Assembly (NCBI RefSeq): GCF_009914755.1
Contig: NC_060947.1
Strand: one strand, 5' to 3'
DNA length: 64,000 bases
Source of the DNA: the human T2T-CHM13v2.0 reference genome, Homo sapiens
In this document: piece after piece, positions 61,160 to 64,000 of the stretch
Layout: each line of letters opens with the position of its first letter
Position numbering within the stretch: the first letter of the stretch is position 1
Program-made: the position numbers and the translations under genes
Notes under the pieces: model-generated
Seen by the model: only the letters and a program-made list of their open reading frames with translations
Database searches by the model: none
What the model was told of the DNA's origin: nothing

Positions 61160-62365
61160 TTGTCAGGGTGAGAGCCTCATGTTTGCCCAGGCCCTATGGG
61201 TGGGGAAAATTCTGTGGCAGGGAGTGTGAGACCAGGCAGAGCATGGCTGTGTTACTGAGCTGATGAGACAGGGATGGAAATTTGGGGGCTGTTAGTGCAG
61301 CTGTGATTTACCTGGTAGGGCACTGAAGATGGGGGAGCTATGCACAGAACAAGGACAGAAGTCAATGTGGGAGTTCGAAATAGGTCCTTGTTAAAGGGCT
61401 AGGCTGCACATGTGCACAAGACTCATCAAGGCCCAGCAGGGAGTGAATGTGAGGTTTAATGAAGAACAAAAATACCAGAGGTCTTACAGTGTTCAAAGAT
61501 TTTGGGGTTCTGGCCTAGCCAAAATACAACAACCTACAGTAACCTGTGAGATAATGTTCAATCATCAAACATACGTTAGTCAGAGTCCAATATAAAGAGA
61601 AAGAGAAATGGATCAGAAAGATACATGATTTGTATAAAAGTGGCCCCAGATTCTCAAGTTTTCAGAAATATGTCAAATTACAAATGTAAGATTAGTGGAA
61701 CCAAATCTGGTTAAATAAAAACAGATATGCACATGAGTATATAATACTTAAACAGCTAAGAGCCAAATAATAAATAAATTAAAAGTGCCAGAGAAATAAA
61801 AATTAACTGCCTACCTGGGAATGATGATTTAAATAATGGCTGTCTTCTCAAGAGCATTCACGGAGACATGGAGAAAATGGGGCAGCATCTTTCCAAGGCT
61901 CAAAGAAAATAAATAAAATTTTCAATGCAGAATACTACGTCTAGAAAAATTATCCTTCCAAACTCAGCATGAAATAAGACACATCCACACGAGCAAACCT
62001 GAGACAACTTGTTCCGTATAACCTGTAACATAAGGAATACTACAGCAATGTCTTCAGACTGAAGGGAAATAACCCTTCATGGAAATTAAAAACTATAGAA
62101 AGGAGCCAAGCACACTAGAAAAGAAAATTACGTAGATAAATATGTCAATTTTTCTACTGATTTTGGAAAATAACCCAACTTATAAAACAAAACTGATGAT
62201 AACATTGTATATGTAAAATATATGAAAACAACACCACAAAGGAAAGAGGATGAAAAGGAAATAGAGTGTTGTGAAGTTAACATTTATGTGCAGTGGTACT
62301 AACATAGTTCCAAGTAGAATAAGATAGGATAAAGATTCATATGCCAATCCCCAAAGCAACAATTC
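61160..62365 (+). mobile_element. Old L1M 5'/ORF1 remnant
   Basis: ORF1-like gcatctttccaaggctcaaagaaaa...aattatccttcc...gaaataagacacatcc. Confidence 0.6.
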
Positions 62366-63399
62366 AACACAGTATAGGTAGTAATCAGGTTACTATGGCA
62401 GTATAATGAATTCTCCAAAAACTTATATTTTGTAATATACTCATTATTTACTGTTTTAGTTTCCAAATAGGATATACTTCAATAAAAGTACTGCCACCAT
62501 ATTGCTCATACCTGGCACATGTTAGATGCTGAAGAAAAATGTATTGAACTTATGGATATTTAACTTGAAATAAATTAATATAATGATAAAAAAAGATGCA
62601 CTCCTTGGGAAGATAATTTGCATTAACAGAAATTGTTTATCTTAGGCACATATAGATTGAATAAATTTTCTATAAAAGAAAAATTTACAGACTCACAAGT
62701 ATTTCGATAACTAGTATTTGTAAAGATGAACACTTCCACTGAAGAGGCAAACAAGCCTCTTTCAGTCCAAACACCCTGCTGAGAAAAACTAGGAAATCTG
62801 GAAGATATTAAAGATATTGTTTGAAGGCACCATAAACCAAAGGAAGAAAGCAGATAGGATCCCAGGAGACAAGCTTGTGTAATGAGAAGCACTCAAATTT
62901 GCTACTGCTTCTCGCTTGAAGGCTTTTGCTGACTTTAAGGATGTGATTGAGGATCCACGATGCTCAGCAGAATGTTGTAGCTGAGCAGCTAAGCAGCTGT
63001 GAAGGACATTCAGGAGTTTCATCCAACCAAGAGGATGCAGATTAGACCTAACAGTGAACAAAGGAAACAAGCCAGGGAAAACAAACCAGAGGTTCATTTG
63101 GCATCCCCAAGGAATTATATCTTGATATTGATATAAACCTAAAATAGAAAACTCCACACAAAACCTGAGATCCAGTTTCCAAAGAAGTCAATCTCTGATT
63201 GTAATGAGATGAACTATCCCGACCCTAACTGCCTCTCAAATGCAAAAGCAACGATATACCACCCTAGAAAGTCCAATTACCTCTATATGACTTCATACAG
63301 AAAAGCCAGGCTACAATCAAAAGTAGCCACAAATGCAGAAAGCAAATTGGAAGGAAAGGATTTAGCATCAGACTTGGGATCCATTTTCTCCATTTACTG

Positions 63400-63925
63400 A
63401 GGACGCCTCAAACAGAAAGAACTAAGACGTGATTTTACACCCATGCAATTTAGAACAACAGTGGGATACCACTAAATGCCTATTATATGAACAACAGCAA
63501 AAAATACAGACCACAAAAAGTTCTGGCAAGGCTATAAAGCAAATGTAACTCTCCTACACTGCTGGTAGAGTGCAAAACAGTATATTCACTGCGGAACACA
63601 TCGACATATTCTAGAATAACTGAAAGGCAGAAATATCATGTGATCCAGTCATTTTGTTCCTTTAAATTTTTCCAAGAAAAAATGATATTATATGTCCATA
63701 CAAAGACTCCTAGAAGAATGTCCATAACATGGGAAAGGGTGGAGAGCCTGGGCAAGATCAAAGGGAAAAAGAACAAGGTTCATAAGAAACTATGGTGCAC
63801 GATGAGTGGATATTTACATTATCTTGATTGTAGTATTGGTTTCTTAAGTATACACATATTAAAACTTTTATGTTAACTTTAATGTTGTACAGTTTAAGTC
63901 AATTATACTTCAATAAATCTATTCC
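63400..63925 (+). mobile_element. Old L1ME 3' fragment
   Basis: ctcctacactgctggtagagtgcaaaa, atatgtccatacaaagact, ttatcttgattgtagt...aattatacttcaataaa. Confidence 0.7.
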
Positions 63926-64000
63926 AAATGTGCCATACGCACCAAATGTCTCAAAGAAAGTTAAGACCATTAAACTCAAAAGAGAAAGTTTGAAGACAGA

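Overview
AT-rich primate (human-like) genomic DNA dominated by interspersed repeats: L1, Alu, L2, MIR, MER2/MER58/MER5, MaLR/ERV LTRs, an env-containing HERV-H provirus (30151-38906, minus) and a full-length decayed L1PA (43163-49650). No intact host gene is visible. The standout is a ~10.4 kb head-to-tail array (about 19690-30100, plus) of intronless, decayed ~280-300 bp units derived from nucleoside-diphosphate kinase NME2 (about codons 8-103). Each unit is fused at KPGT|FIAIK and stops before the catalytic His. The array is interrupted by old ERVL/MER21/Alu-monomer/MST insertions, contains a younger ~2.3 kb higher-order duplication, and has a template-switch hairpin. A chain of phase-compatible, stop-riddled minus-strand exon candidates (0.6-15.8, 41.8-42.1 and 50.0-50.4 kb) suggests a dead multi-exon gene whose introns would contain all of this. 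Repeat subfamily names are from memory and repeat borders are approximate; no database searches were run.
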